Shown in pieces: positions 20,261-30,425 of a stretch of DNA of 64,000 nucleotides. The stretch spans positions 9,635 through 73,634 of IMG/VR virus record IMGVR_UViG_3300028886_000061. One strand, 5' to 3'. Source of the DNA: a virus (Duplodnaviria; Heunggongvirae; Uroviricota; Caudoviricetes). The notes beneath the pieces are model-generated. The model saw nothing but the letters and a program-made list of their open reading frames with translations. It had not been told where the DNA came from and did no database searches. The position numbers were made by a program, and so were the translations under genes. The first letter of the stretch is position 1. The number at the start of each line of letters is the position of its first letter.

Positions 20261-23200
20261 TATATATGACTGACAAAGAATTACAAAAGATCGATGATTT
20301 TATGGAGAAGGCTATGGTGGATACCATCCTCCATCTTAAATCCAACCCAAAACAAATCACAGTAATAAAACGCAATGGTTCAAAAGTACCATTCGAGAAG
20401 GAGAAAGTGAAGGATGCAATCAAACCGGCATTCCGTCGTTGCCATGTACGTTACACCAATAATATCTACGACGACATCCTCGATAATATATATAAGAAAC
20501 TTGCTGGTAAGTGTGTCCAATTCGTGATCAAGGAACGTCAAATCCCGCAAGTATATATGACCATTGGCGTTGAAGATATCCAAAATATTGTCGAGGAGAC
20601 ATTGATGGGTTCCTATCCGCAGGTAGCCAAGGAGTATATCCTCTATCGTAATCACCGCGAGGAGATCCGTAAATTCGTGGACAAGAAAGAGGCTTGGATT
20701 GACCAGTATAAAGCATCTTCCAACACAGCTAACTCTACTGTCGATGACAACTCGAATGTAACCAATAAGAACATCGGTATTCTCAATAACGAAATTCACA
20801 AAGAGGATAACATCTATGTTTCCCGCCGTATGGTCGTCCGTAAACTCCGCAAGATCTTCCCCGATTTTAGTGCTAAACAATATGAACGTGACCTTGTCAA
20901 CCATATTATATATAAACACGATGAATCCAGCTTTGCCGGTGCCGTGGCTCCTTATACATATAGTGCCAAAGAGGTGATTCATGTAAAATATAATGAGGTC
21001 GATTATTTAATTCCTTTTGATCTCCTATATGATTTGATTGAGGAACCGGAAACAAATGTTAATCCAACTGATATAGTTTTTCAAAAATATCCTGATAATT
21101 TATATGTAAGTGATAAAAACCACACATGGGTGAAAGTAACAACAATCACTAAAAAGAAGAGACATAGAGATCTATATAGAATAAAAACATCCTTCGGTGA
21201 GGATATAGTTGTAACTGATAACCATCCACTCATAACTGATCTTAATAATATAGAGGAAACCACACCAGCAATTGATTCTTTAGGAAAGTCTCAATATAAG
21301 GAACATCAAAAAATTGAGTTTAAAGGCCGTCAAATACTCGATCTTGCAACAATTTTTGATACTTGCGAAGTTTATGAATCCTTTATAAGATATGATAAAC
21401 ACGAATTGAAACGGTTTATTAATCTTACGGAGGAGTTTGGTTATGTAATAGGATTTTTTATCGGCGATGGAAATTTTAATAATAACACTGGATATTTGAA
21501 TTTTACACAAAAAGATGTGTCATTATTAAACAAAATTAACTCATTATTATTTGATGCCACAGGAAAAGCTGGTACTGTAAGATATCATTGTGATAGAAAC
21601 ATTCACACATTGGAAGTAAGAAGCCGAGGATTATTCAACTTGTTTAAAAACTTTTTTGGTATACAAGACAAGGCTCAAGGAAAAACACTACCAATAAATA
21701 TTCTTGAATTCAATGAAGATTTTGCTAAAGGAATCGTTGAAGGACTTTATGATGCTGATGGTACAATAAATTACCATCAAATTTGGTTAAAACTTGCATC
21801 AAGATCAGCAATACTTCAAGTAGCCGAAATTATGAGATATTTTGGATATTCTGTGGGAAATGGTATACAGAGTATTCCATTTAGTAATACTGGATACAAA
21901 ACAAATTACTCATTATGGACCCTCGGATGTTCGCGTAGAATGGATAGCACACCAATGAACCTCTCATTTAAGTGGAAAAATTCAGTTATTTCTGAATCCA
22001 CACCAAAATACAAATTTGATGGCGAAGTAAAAATAACGAATGTGCAAAAAATTGAGGAAAACGATTCGTTTCTTTATCAAAATGAATTTATTTATGATAT
22101 CACAACAGAAACACATACATTTATCCTTAATAACATTATTGTGCATAATTGCGTTGCCTTAACCATGTACCCGTTTCTGGATGGTGGTATCAAAGGTATC
22201 GGTGGTCTCTCTGCCAAGCCCAAAAACATTGATTCGTACTGCGGTATGTTGGTCAATATGATCTTCGCAGTGAGTGCTCAATTTGCCGGAGCAGTTGCCG
22301 TTCCGGAAGCCCTCCTATACTTCGACTACTTCGCCCGTAAGGAATGGGGTGAGGATTACTATAAAGAGTTTGATAGTTTCTATAAACTCGGCCCGAAGAT
22401 GAGAAGACTTCTTAACGAATCTCACTATTGGTGCAACAATATTAATGAGTTACGGGTTCACGATTTCGGTAGCGAAGAGTTAAACAAACTCCGTGATGAA
22501 CTGGTGTATAATGGTGAACGTCCATTAACAGAAACCGAACTTGAAATGTGGAAGAATCATTCCATCAACAATCCGGATTTCCAGTTGAAGCTCGGTGATG
22601 GTACCCGCACCATTGGTGGACAGATTCATCAATACTTCCAACAGATCATCTATTCTATCAACCAACCGGCAGCAGCACGTGGATTACAAAGTGCTTTTGT
22701 GAACTTCTCCTATTACGACAAGGCCTTCTATGAGGGTATGTTTGGTAACTTTGTATTTCCTGATTTTACATCACCTAAATGGGAGTCACTCAATTGGTTA
22801 CAGAAGGACTTTATGCAGTGGTTCAATGCTGAACGTTTGAAGTGCGTACTTACCTTCCCGGTGGAGTCGTTCGCTATGGTATACCAGAATGGTGAGTTCC
22901 TCGATCCGGAGAATGCCAGATTCGTTGCTCAGGAGTATGCACGTGGTCATTCGTTCTTCACCTATATCTCCGATACGGTTGATAGTCTTTCCAGTTGCTG
23001 CCGCCTGAAGAACAAACTACAGACCAAGGAGTTCAACTTCACCAACGGTAATATGGGTCTACAAACCGGTTCCAAGTCGGTTATCACACTTAACCTTAAC
23101 CGCATCATTCAGGATTGCGATAGAGCATATGGATTGAACCGTAATGGTGGATGGCGAGAGAACACCAGTTTCCTCGACCAATATTTAAAGGAGATTCTCG

Positions 23201-23988
23201 ATAGGGTTTACAAGTACCACACCGCATACAACGAACTCCTATGGGATGTAAAGGATAAGGGGCTCCTTCCGGTGTATGACGCCGGTTTCATTGACCTCAA
23301 TAAACAGTATCTCACTATCGGTATTAATGGTCTTAATCAAGCCGCCGAGTACCTTGGTATACGATGCAATGATAATGATGATTACAAGGCATTCTGCCAA
23401 CATATCTTTGGGTTCATATCACAATGCAATAAGGAAGCCGGTAAAGAGAAATTTAACGGACACACCCTTACTTTCAATACAGAGCAGGTACCAGCTGAGA
23501 GTCTTGCTATTAAAAACTACAACTGGGACAAAGAGGATGAGTATTGGGTTCCCGAGGACACCAACCTCTATGCATCCTATATCTTCAAACCCAATGATCC
23601 TACATTGGATATCTTCGAGAAACTTCGTATGCACGGTAGTGAGTATATTGGGGACTACCTCGATGGTGGTGCAGCCGCCCATTTGAACCTCGAAGAACAC
23701 CTTAATGAAGATCAGTATATGGCAGTTATCGATTACGCCGCCCAAGTGGGATGCAACTACTTTACATTCAATATTCCAATGACCGAATGTAAAAAATGTG
23801 GACATATTGTTAATGCTCCCGTACATACATGTCCGAAATGTGGTAGTGAAGATATAAAATACTGGGTTCGTATTATAGGATATCTTACAGCTGTTCCATC
23901 CTGGTCATCTGGTCGTCAAGAAGAGTTCAAAACAAGAATATTCCACGGAAAAAAAGCCGGAGAATATGCAACATTTGAACAAAAATAA
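20242..23988 (+). CDS. nrdD: anaerobic ribonucleoside-triphosphate reductase NrdD with in-frame LAGLIDADG intein
   Basis: ATP-cone (VIKRNGSKVPFEKEKV), CCRL, C-terminal CKKCGH..CPKCGS zinc ribbon and glycine-radical RIIGY; alternative ATG at 20266. Confidence 0.8.
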   Translation: METIKLIYMTDKELQKIDDFMEKAMVDTILHLKSNPKQITVIKRNGSKVPFEKEKVKDAIKPAFRRCHVRYTNNIYDDILDNIYKKLAGKCVQFVIKERQIPQVYMTIGVEDIQNIVEETLMGSYPQVAKEYILYRNHREEIRKFVDKKEAWIDQYKASSNTANSTVDDNSNVTNKNIGILNNEIHKEDNIYVSRRMVVRKLRKIFPDFSAKQYERDLVNHIIYKHDESSFAGAVAPYTYSAKEVIHVKYNEVDYLIPFDLLYDLIEEPETNVNPTDIVFQKYPDNLYVSDKNHTWVKVTTITKKKRHRDLYRIKTSFGEDIVVTDNHPLITDLNNIEETTPAIDSLGKSQYKEHQKIEFKGRQILDLATIFDTCEVYESFIRYDKHELKRFINLTEEFGYVIGFFIGDGNFNNNTGYLNFTQKDVSLLNKINSLLFDATGKAGTVRYHCDRNIHTLEVRSRGLFNLFKNFFGIQDKAQGKTLPINILEFNEDFAKGIVEGLYDADGTINYHQIWLKLASRSAILQVAEIMRYFGYSVGNGIQSIPFSNTGYKTNYSLWTLGCSRRMDSTPMNLSFKWKNSVISESTPKYKFDGEVKITNVQKIEENDSFLYQNEFIYDITTETHTFILNNIIVHNCVALTMYPFLDGGIKGIGGLSAKPKNIDSYCGMLVNMIFAVSAQFAGAVAVPEALLYFDYFARKEWGEDYYKEFDSFYKLGPKMRRLLNESHYWCNNINELRVHDFGSEELNKLRDELVYNGERPLTETELEMWKNHSINNPDFQLKLGDGTRTIGGQIHQYFQQIIYSINQPAAARGLQSAFVNFSYYDKAFYEGMFGNFVFPDFTSPKWESLNWLQKDFMQWFNAERLKCVLTFPVESFAMVYQNGEFLDPENARFVAQEYARGHSFFTYISDTVDSLSSCCRLKNKLQTKEFNFTNGNMGLQTGSKSVITLNLNRIIQDCDRAYGLNRNGGWRENTSFLDQYLKEILDRVYKYHTAYNELLWDVKDKGLLPVYDAGFIDLNKQYLTIGINGLNQAAEYLGIRCNDNDDYKAFCQHIFGFISQCNKEAGKEKFNGHTLTFNTEQVPAESLAIKNYNWDKEDEYWVPEDTNLYASYIFKPNDPTLDIFEKLRMHGSEYIGDYLDGGAAAHLNLEEHLNEDQYMAVIDYAAQVGCNYFTFNIPMTECKKCGHIVNAPVHTCPKCGSEDIKYWVRIIGYLTAVPSWSSGRQEEFKTRIFHGKKAGEYATFEQK
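20962..22149 (+). mobile_element. LAGLIDADG intein (396 aa) in nrdD
   Basis: Begins with Ser after PYTY, two LAGLIDADG motifs GFFIGDGNF and GLYDADGT, ends IVHN followed by Cys; much more AT-rich than flanking extein. Confidence 0.7.
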
Positions 23989-24027
23989 TAACATGATCCC
24001 TGTAGGAAAATTTTATCAATAACAGAA

Positions 24028-24064
24028 AGGCTCGGTATTAAAAAACATACCGAGTCTTTTTATT
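24028..24064 (+). terminator. rho-independent terminator
   Basis: ctcggtat/ataccgag 8-bp stem followed by T-run. Confidence 0.7.
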
Positions 24065-24086
24065 TTATATAAAAATACAACAAGTT

Positions 24087-25898
24087 ATGGAATGCATGAT
24101 ATGCGGAGAAATATGTACAAGTAAGACTATAGGTAGTCATATAAGACACAGACATAATATGTTATCACAAGAATATTACGATAAATATATTAAACAACCC
24201 GGTGAGGGGATATGCATATGTGGACGACCGACTGGATTCGTAAATATATCGAATGGATATCACCAATATTGTTCCAAGGGATGTATGAGAAATGATCAGG
24301 CATCCATCCAGAAAAAAATATCACAGACAAAAAAAGATCGTTATGGTGATGCCAATTACAACAATCCTGAAAAATGCAAACAAACATGCATGGAACGTTA
24401 TGGTATGGAGCGTGCTCAATCTTCTTCGATCGTTCGTGAAAAAATAAAGCAGACTTGGAGGGATAAAACACAGGATGAAAAGGAGCAATATTCAAAATCC
24501 AAGATAAATATGTGGGCACATAAATCATCTGACGATAAGCAACGAATGGTTCAAAGGGTGAAAGAGACTAAAAAATCCAGATATGGTGATGCCAATTACA
24601 ACAATCCGGAAAAAATCCGACAAACATGTGTTGAACGATATGGAGTTGATAATATATTCAAATCTAAAGAGATTCAAAGATATATAATGGAAAGAGTGTC
24701 TGAGTTATATGGCGTTGAACACCCAGCTCAATCACCGGACATACTGAATCGAATGAAGATAACAACATTGACAAGATATGGTGTGGATTGGTTCTCCAAA
24801 ACAGACGAGTTTAAGAAAAAAATGAGCACCAATAGAATATATAAAACCATACATGATAATGATGATATATTAGGATATGTTGTAATTGATGATATATATT
24901 ATATATACAAGTGTCCTCATCCGGAATGCTCCAGATGTGTTGATAAATTTTATATATCCAAGGCCGGACATAAGAATGTTCGTGAGAATCAGGGTACAGA
25001 GATATGCACAAATCTTCTTCCAATATTATATGAACGAAATAAGGGCACATCGATAGAATTATTCGTACGTGATATACTTGATACCAACTCTGTGAAATAT
25101 ATATCGAATGATCGTAAGATACTTTCAGGTAAGGAACTGGATATATACATACCAAGTCGTAAACTTGCCATAGAATGCAATGGGGTATATTGGCATTCAT
25201 TAAAGGAACCTACATTTCATTATGATAAATGGGAGAGGTGTAAGGATCTGGGAATCCAGTTGCTGACAATCTGGGAGGATCAGATTATTAATAAACCGGA
25301 TATAGTCAGATCCATCATCCTCTCGAAGTTGGGTATATATAAAGAAAGCATCCATGCCCGTAAATGTGAGATCAGGGAAGTATCATCAACAGAATCGAAA
25401 AAATTTCTCGATCTCAATCATATTCAAGGGTCTATAAGTGGATCTATTCGATTAGGCTTATATTATAATGATCGGCTTGTGAGTGTGATGGTATTTGGTA
25501 GAAAAAGAAAAGCATTAGGATCCGGAGATACTACTGGTGTATATGAATTATATCGTTACTGTAACGAATTAGGTGTGCATGTTATGGGTGGTGCATCCAG
25601 GTTATTTAATCGTTTCATTAAAGATCATCCTGATCATATGGTTGAATCATTTTCAAGTAATGATATTTCAATGGGTGATCTATACAGAACTCTTGGATTC
25701 GATCTCGTTGGTGGACAACCTATATCATATTGGTATATTGATAAATCAATGCGACGACATCATAGATACTCATTCCGAAAAGATATACTTGTGAAAAATG
25801 GCGCCAATCCCGATCTAACAGAATCCCAGATCACAAATGAAATGGGCCTGATACGTATATATGATTCAGGTCAACAAAAGTGGATATTTAAGAATTAG
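24087..25898 (+). CDS. free-standing homing-endonuclease-like protein (N-terminal Cys/His cluster, repeated RYGDANYNNPEK modules, PD-(D/E)XK/Vsr-like AIECNGVYWH motif)
   Basis: Three copies of a YG..N...PE..K..T...YG module; LAIECNGVYWH motif; located directly downstream of intein-containing nrdD. Confidence 0.45.
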   Translation: MECMICGEICTSKTIGSHIRHRHNMLSQEYYDKYIKQPGEGICICGRPTGFVNISNGYHQYCSKGCMRNDQASIQKKISQTKKDRYGDANYNNPEKCKQTCMERYGMERAQSSSIVREKIKQTWRDKTQDEKEQYSKSKINMWAHKSSDDKQRMVQRVKETKKSRYGDANYNNPEKIRQTCVERYGVDNIFKSKEIQRYIMERVSELYGVEHPAQSPDILNRMKITTLTRYGVDWFSKTDEFKKKMSTNRIYKTIHDNDDILGYVVIDDIYYIYKCPHPECSRCVDKFYISKAGHKNVRENQGTEICTNLLPILYERNKGTSIELFVRDILDTNSVKYISNDRKILSGKELDIYIPSRKLAIECNGVYWHSLKEPTFHYDKWERCKDLGIQLLTIWEDQIINKPDIVRSIILSKLGIYKESIHARKCEIREVSSTESKKFLDLNHIQGSISGSIRLGLYYNDRLVSVMVFGRKRKALGSGDTTGVYELYRYCNELGVHVMGGASRLFNRFIKDHPDHMVESFSSNDISMGDLYRTLGFDLVGGQPISYWYIDKSMRRHHRYSFRKDILVKNGANPDLTESQITNEMGLIRIYDSGQQKWIFKN

Positions 25899-25904
25899 AA
25901 AAAA

Positions 25905-25940
25905 CGGTCGGGTTGTTAATATTCCGACCGTTTCTTTTAT
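25905..25940 (+). terminator. rho-independent terminator
   Basis: cggtcgg/ccgaccg 7-bp stem then tttctttt. Confidence 0.65.
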
Positions 25941-25948
25941 ATATAAAT
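25935..25948 (+). promoter_or_regulatory. promoter-like box ttttatatataaat after terminator hairpin, upstream of 25966
   Basis: Motif recurrence. Confidence 0.4.
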
Positions 25949-25965
25949 GAACAATAAACAAGATT

Positions 25966-27159
25966 ATGCAAAACGGTAGACTTATTTACAGATTCGAAGA
26001 TGACTTGGAGTTGCTCTGCAATAACAAATTGAGTGACAATGTGTGGCGCAAACTTATCAAGGACTTTAATATGCCGGTGAGTTTCGTGAATCATTCGGGT
26101 ATGTGCCATATCCTGGAGATGACGCTTAAGGAAGAACTCGGCCAGGGTTCGTTTGAGGTATTTAAGTGGGCATCACAGTTATGCTTGCTTCCGCAAGATC
26201 AGCAGGAGGCATTCGTTGGCCTTACCAGGGATGTGATGGAGGCTATGATCAAGCATGTGTTGGATAACGAGGGGTACTCCAATTACTTTAACAGAATTGA
26301 CCTCCAACAGTTGATGCCGGTGGAAAACCTTAACATACCCTCGGGAGATATCTATATTCGTCCGAATATCGGTACACCATATCTCTCCCTCGATCTTTCA
26401 AGTGCAGCTTTTCAGGCATTCCGTTACTGGGATGTTAACTTCGGAGATAAGTATGGCCGTATCCTTCCCAAGAACGCTGATACTTATAACTATTGGGTGA
26501 GTCATACTATGGCAACCGAGATGGATATGAGTACTATGAGCGATGCAAAACGCACCATCTATAAGGATAAGGATCTCTGCCAAGCCGTAGCAGATTATAT
26601 TTTCGATTCCAAGCAGATGCGTCAGGTGATCTTCGGTAAGACCAATCCTAAACGTATCCAGCATGTGGAGAAATATATGGTTCAACAGATGGTTAAGTCC
26701 CTCAATGATGAATTCGGTATCAAACCGGTTCGTCTCAATAATGACGAGATTCTTTACGAGGTAACAAACGAGTGGTCGGATAAATTGTTTACTGGTATCC
26801 GCAATGCTGTAAAGAATGATAGATCCACTAACTGGCACGTATCCATATTTAATCTGGATGCTTACCAATTGATTCAGCGAGTCGGCTATATGGGCGAACA
26901 ATTAATCAATAATGGACCTGTAGTGTTCGTTAAGGGTAACAAGGAAGAACTCGATGATGATTTTATATGGGTCTCTAAACCGGCCAGTTTCAAATGTCTG
27001 CCTACCAGATTTGCTTTTGCATTCGAAATGATGTACAAAGGTGCAACGGCAGATAGGTACGAATACTTCCTCAATCTCCCTGTTATCGCCGATGGATTTG
27101 CTACCTGGATTGTTAATCCGAATACCACTTGGGCAATCAAAAAAGTAATCAATGAATAA
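25966..27159 (+). CDS. hypothetical protein (397 aa), translationally coupled to CCA-adding enzyme gene
   Basis: ORF; ATGAATAA overlap with downstream gene. Confidence 0.45.
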   Translation: MQNGRLIYRFEDDLELLCNNKLSDNVWRKLIKDFNMPVSFVNHSGMCHILEMTLKEELGQGSFEVFKWASQLCLLPQDQQEAFVGLTRDVMEAMIKHVLDNEGYSNYFNRIDLQQLMPVENLNIPSGDIYIRPNIGTPYLSLDLSSAAFQAFRYWDVNFGDKYGRILPKNADTYNYWVSHTMATEMDMSTMSDAKRTIYKDKDLCQAVADYIFDSKQMRQVIFGKTNPKRIQHVEKYMVQQMVKSLNDEFGIKPVRLNNDEILYEVTNEWSDKLFTGIRNAVKNDRSTNWHVSIFNLDAYQLIQRVGYMGEQLINNGPVVFVKGNKEELDDDFIWVSKPASFKCLPTRFAFAFEMMYKGATADRYEYFLNLPVIADGFATWIVNPNTTWAIKKVINE

Positions 27160-28666
27160 ACAGCAACTATTCAAGTTCAAACTTGATGTATTAGATAAGG
27201 TAGCCGCCTTCCACGATCACACCTATATCGTGGGAGGTGCTTGCCGTGATATACTCGATGGAATTGATATTAAGGATATAGATATATGCACTCCTGATCC
27301 AGCAGCATTCATCGAAACCCTTAAGAGATTCTGTTCAAGGAATATACTGGAGTATAAGGTACACCCTATGCGGAATGCTATTATATTCCGTATGGAGGTC
27401 CCCAGAAGTTGTTACGATTGTAATGATACGTGGGTGGATATCGAGGTGAGTAAATATATTGATTCCGAAGAGATTACTGGTGGGAATCGCGACTTTACCT
27501 GTAATGCCATTCATTGGCCTTGTGGTAAGGAACTTTGTGATAGGGAAGGGCACTATACTGGATTCATGTATCCTGCAGAGTCAACGGGTGCCATCTTCAA
27601 TTGGGAGGATCATGTCCTTCAACCGGTATATCCCAATGCATTCAATGATAATCCGGTTCGTATCTTTAGAGCTGCCGATATGATGTGCCGTCACACGGAA
27701 TGGACACCATCAGCAATCACCTGTATAATGGCACGTAATACAATGAAGGATCTTCAAGGTACATTATTCAATACCAGTCTTTCCAATGCATGTGGCCAGA
27801 TAGTAGGTAAGATATTATATGAACTCGCACAAGGAGATCGAGAATGGGAGGCCGTGCGTAATGCATTTAATTTCCTGATGGAAGTGGATGCTTGGAGTCT
27901 TATTCATCCCAGTATAACAGCTATGAAGGATGTTATCCATAAATCATCGTGGCATAATGATTCTGTATGGCAACATACAATAGATGTAATGAATGGTATT
28001 GAGCGTATCTTTGATGAATATCCGAATGAGTATATAATTAGAACTTGGGATAGAATAGCCGATTTATACTGGGCTGCATTGTTACACGATGTTGGTAAAG
28101 TAACCACTATAACATATGATGAGGATAGAACGACTCATTTTTATGGTCATCAGGACGACAGTGTAAAGATAGCTGAACAGGTATTTGCATCAACATCCAT
28201 ACCACATATTAATAAAGACCATATCCTGAAACTCATTAAGCATCATATGGCGACTAAACAGTTCCACGATGATGAGATTAAAACCGGTCAGACGCATGTT
28301 CTGCGTAGGTTGATATATGAGTTGGGTAGTGTTCCTTTAGTGGATGATTGGGTGATATTAAATACAGCAGATTGTTGGGCATCCACCAGATCGGATAAGA
28401 GTTATCCGGCCCAAAAACCAACAATTGAAGCTCTTAAAAAAATTGATAAACTATATTGGGTAAAATATAAACCGGTACTTACCGGTGCCGAGATCGAAGC
28501 AGAACTCCATTGTGATAAACGTCTTATTAGGTGCTACCTCGAACAATTGGTAGATGTGGCGTTTCATCACCCAGTGATGATAGAAACCAAAGAGGATGCT
28601 ATCCATTACATTCATACCCTGGGTGAGGAGTGGAAGGACGCACAGTTAAAGAAACTAAATAAATGA
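27152..28666 (+). CDS. cca: tRNA nucleotidyltransferase (CCA-adding enzyme family) with HD domain
   Basis: Head-domain motif VGGACRDILDGIDIKDIDICT and HD motif ALLHDVGK plus HFYGHQDD. Confidence 0.7.
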   Translation: MNKQQLFKFKLDVLDKVAAFHDHTYIVGGACRDILDGIDIKDIDICTPDPAAFIETLKRFCSRNILEYKVHPMRNAIIFRMEVPRSCYDCNDTWVDIEVSKYIDSEEITGGNRDFTCNAIHWPCGKELCDREGHYTGFMYPAESTGAIFNWEDHVLQPVYPNAFNDNPVRIFRAADMMCRHTEWTPSAITCIMARNTMKDLQGTLFNTSLSNACGQIVGKILYELAQGDREWEAVRNAFNFLMEVDAWSLIHPSITAMKDVIHKSSWHNDSVWQHTIDVMNGIERIFDEYPNEYIIRTWDRIADLYWAALLHDVGKVTTITYDEDRTTHFYGHQDDSVKIAEQVFASTSIPHINKDHILKLIKHHMATKQFHDDEIKTGQTHVLRRLIYELGSVPLVDDWVILNTADCWASTRSDKSYPAQKPTIEALKKIDKLYWVKYKPVLTGAEIEAELHCDKRLIRCYLEQLVDVAFHHPVMIETKEDAIHYIHTLGEEWKDAQLKKLNK

Positions 28667-28956
28667 ATATGAAAGATACGAGTAACATTAAACCCAACAC
28701 CAAAGAATGTGCCTATGATGGATTCGGCAACGAACTTCACGAAGGTGATACTGTAGCAGTTGCTGTTTCCAGATGGACCGGAGACTATATAATGTATACC
28801 GGAATCATTCGTGGATGGTCTGAAAAGATGCTCCGTGTGGAGATCACTGCAGGGGCCACGAATTCCGATAAACCTGCCGGTATGGAATATACCAAAATCA
28901 TCGGTAAAGTCACAACCCGTAAACCAGATAAGTGTATCAAAATAAAATCATTGTAA
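28663..28956 (+). CDS. hypothetical protein (97 aa)
   Basis: ORF. Confidence 0.35.
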   Translation: MNMKDTSNIKPNTKECAYDGFGNELHEGDTVAVAVSRWTGDYIMYTGIIRGWSEKMLRVEITAGATNSDKPAGMEYTKIIGKVTTRKPDKCIKIKSL

Positions 28957-28957
28957 T

Positions 28958-29512
28958 ATGTTAGTAATCAATCTATTTGGTGGTCCTGGAACCGGTAAGT
29001 CAACTCTTGCAGCAGCACTGTTTTCGAATCTCAAAATTCGTGGGGTTAATGCAGAGTTAGTTACTGAATTTGCCAAGGACCTTGTATGGTCCGAACGTAA
29101 CAAGGAACTTCAGGATCAGGTGTACATCCTCGGTAAGATGTATCACAAACTATGGCGATTGAAAGACAAGGTGGATGTTGTAGTCATTGATAGTCCATTA
29201 CCACTTTGTGTCTATTACGATCAGGGCAAGACTCCGGGTATGGATGAATTCGTTGTGAGTTTATTTAATCAATTCACCAACATCAACATCCTTCTCGAAC
29301 GCAACTTCCCATACCAACAGGAGGGCCGTTATCAGGACAAGGATGGTGCTGTGAAGGTACATAATGATATATGTAAACTCCTGGACGATCTCAACATCAA
29401 ATTCACCACGGGTCACTCACCGGAGATTGCAGCATCTGCGGATCAATATTCAAGGTTCGTGAATAACATTGCCAATAGTGTAATGGTATACGTACAACGG
29501 ATGCATAAGTAA
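28958..29512 (+). CDS. P-loop kinase, polynucleotide-kinase (Pnk)-like / AAA_33-like
   Basis: Walker A FGGPGTGKST at N-terminus resembling T4 Pnk kinase domain IGCPGSGKST. Confidence 0.5.
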   Translation: MLVINLFGGPGTGKSTLAAALFSNLKIRGVNAELVTEFAKDLVWSERNKELQDQVYILGKMYHKLWRLKDKVDVVVIDSPLPLCVYYDQGKTPGMDEFVVSLFNQFTNINILLERNFPYQQEGRYQDKDGAVKVHNDICKLLDDLNIKFTTGHSPEIAASADQYSRFVNNIANSVMVYVQRMHK

Positions 29513-29566
29513 TACTTGAAAAAATATATTTTTTCGGAGGTCACCTGTTAAGATTCGGGTGGCTTC

Positions 29567-29579
29567 TTTTATATATATA
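29567..29579 (+). promoter_or_regulatory. promoter-like TTTTATATATATA box following hairpin, about 25 nt upstream of ATG 29601
   Basis: Recurrent motif (G)TTC(C/T)TTTATATAT upstream of many + genes. Confidence 0.4.
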
Positions 29580-29600
29580 CAAGATTAAAAAGAAAGAACT

Positions 29601-29864
29601 ATGAAACATTTAGGCAACCGTGCGGCATACGTTATCACTGCCACCAATAAAAACACCGGCCGTTTGGAAGGCTATTACAGTCACGGTACGACATTCTTCG
29701 AGATCACACCGACCATCTGGTACGCCAAGTTCCTGCTGACGTTGAAGTCTGCCAACAAGTACCACGGACTGTTGCTCAAGGGCATGCCGGAGAGCATCAA
29801 AGGTGAACCGCTGGAGTGGAAGATCCAGGAGGTCTCTATGAACGCACCGACAGATGTCAAATAA
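29601..29864 (+). CDS. hypothetical protein (87 aa), GC-rich
   Basis: ORF; TTTTATATATATA motif at 29567-29579. Confidence 0.4.
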   Translation: MKHLGNRAAYVITATNKNTGRLEGYYSHGTTFFEITPTIWYAKFLLTLKSANKYHGLLLKGMPESIKGEPLEWKIQEVSMNAPTDVK

Positions 29865-29879
29865 TAAAATCCCAATAAT

Positions 29880-30368
29880 ATGAGTACCATAGAACACATT
29901 CTGTTCAAAGACTTGTCTCACGTTCAGGCAATCTGTGAACACATCAACGTAAACATTAAGATGATCCCGGCCGGTGAAGAATATTCCGGATTTAACCGCA
30001 TCGTATATCCGGGCTGTGCGGTCGATAAGGTCAAACCCAAGTGGTGGCAGAGTAGTTTGCTCCACGATGAAGATTATGTGGCCAAGGAAGACCGCTGGAT
30101 GGATTATGAATCCATCGGTACAATGGAGGAGATGACTGAGGCGTGGAACAACCATATCAAGTTCTTGGAGGACCCCCAGGACGATAGCACCTACGCAGTG
30201 ACCAAGGCCCATATCATTCTCCACTTTCTCGATGGTAGCAAGAAAACCATCTGGTTCGAAAATGACACCGAGATGAACAACTATCTCACGGGCACCATCC
30301 ATCGGGGAAATTTCAACGAAATCCTGTTCATTGACGGTAAGGAGGAAACCACCAGAATGGCCAATTAA
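29880..30368 (+). CDS. hypothetical protein (162 aa), GC-rich
   Basis: ORF. Confidence 0.45.
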   Translation: MSTIEHILFKDLSHVQAICEHINVNIKMIPAGEEYSGFNRIVYPGCAVDKVKPKWWQSSLLHDEDYVAKEDRWMDYESIGTMEEMTEAWNNHIKFLEDPQDDSTYAVTKAHIILHFLDGSKKTIWFENDTEMNNYLTGTIHRGNFNEILFIDGKEETTRMAN

Positions 30369-30425
30369 ACATTACAGACAATTTAATATATTCATACAAG
30401 TTTAACCAATAAAAAATTAAAAAAC

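Noticed and set aside
29610-30302. 230-aa minus-strand ORF spanning two + genes
   Set aside because: Lies antisense to two GC-rich + ORFs that have promoter boxes and coherent spacing; long shadow ORFs are expected in GC3-rich sequence
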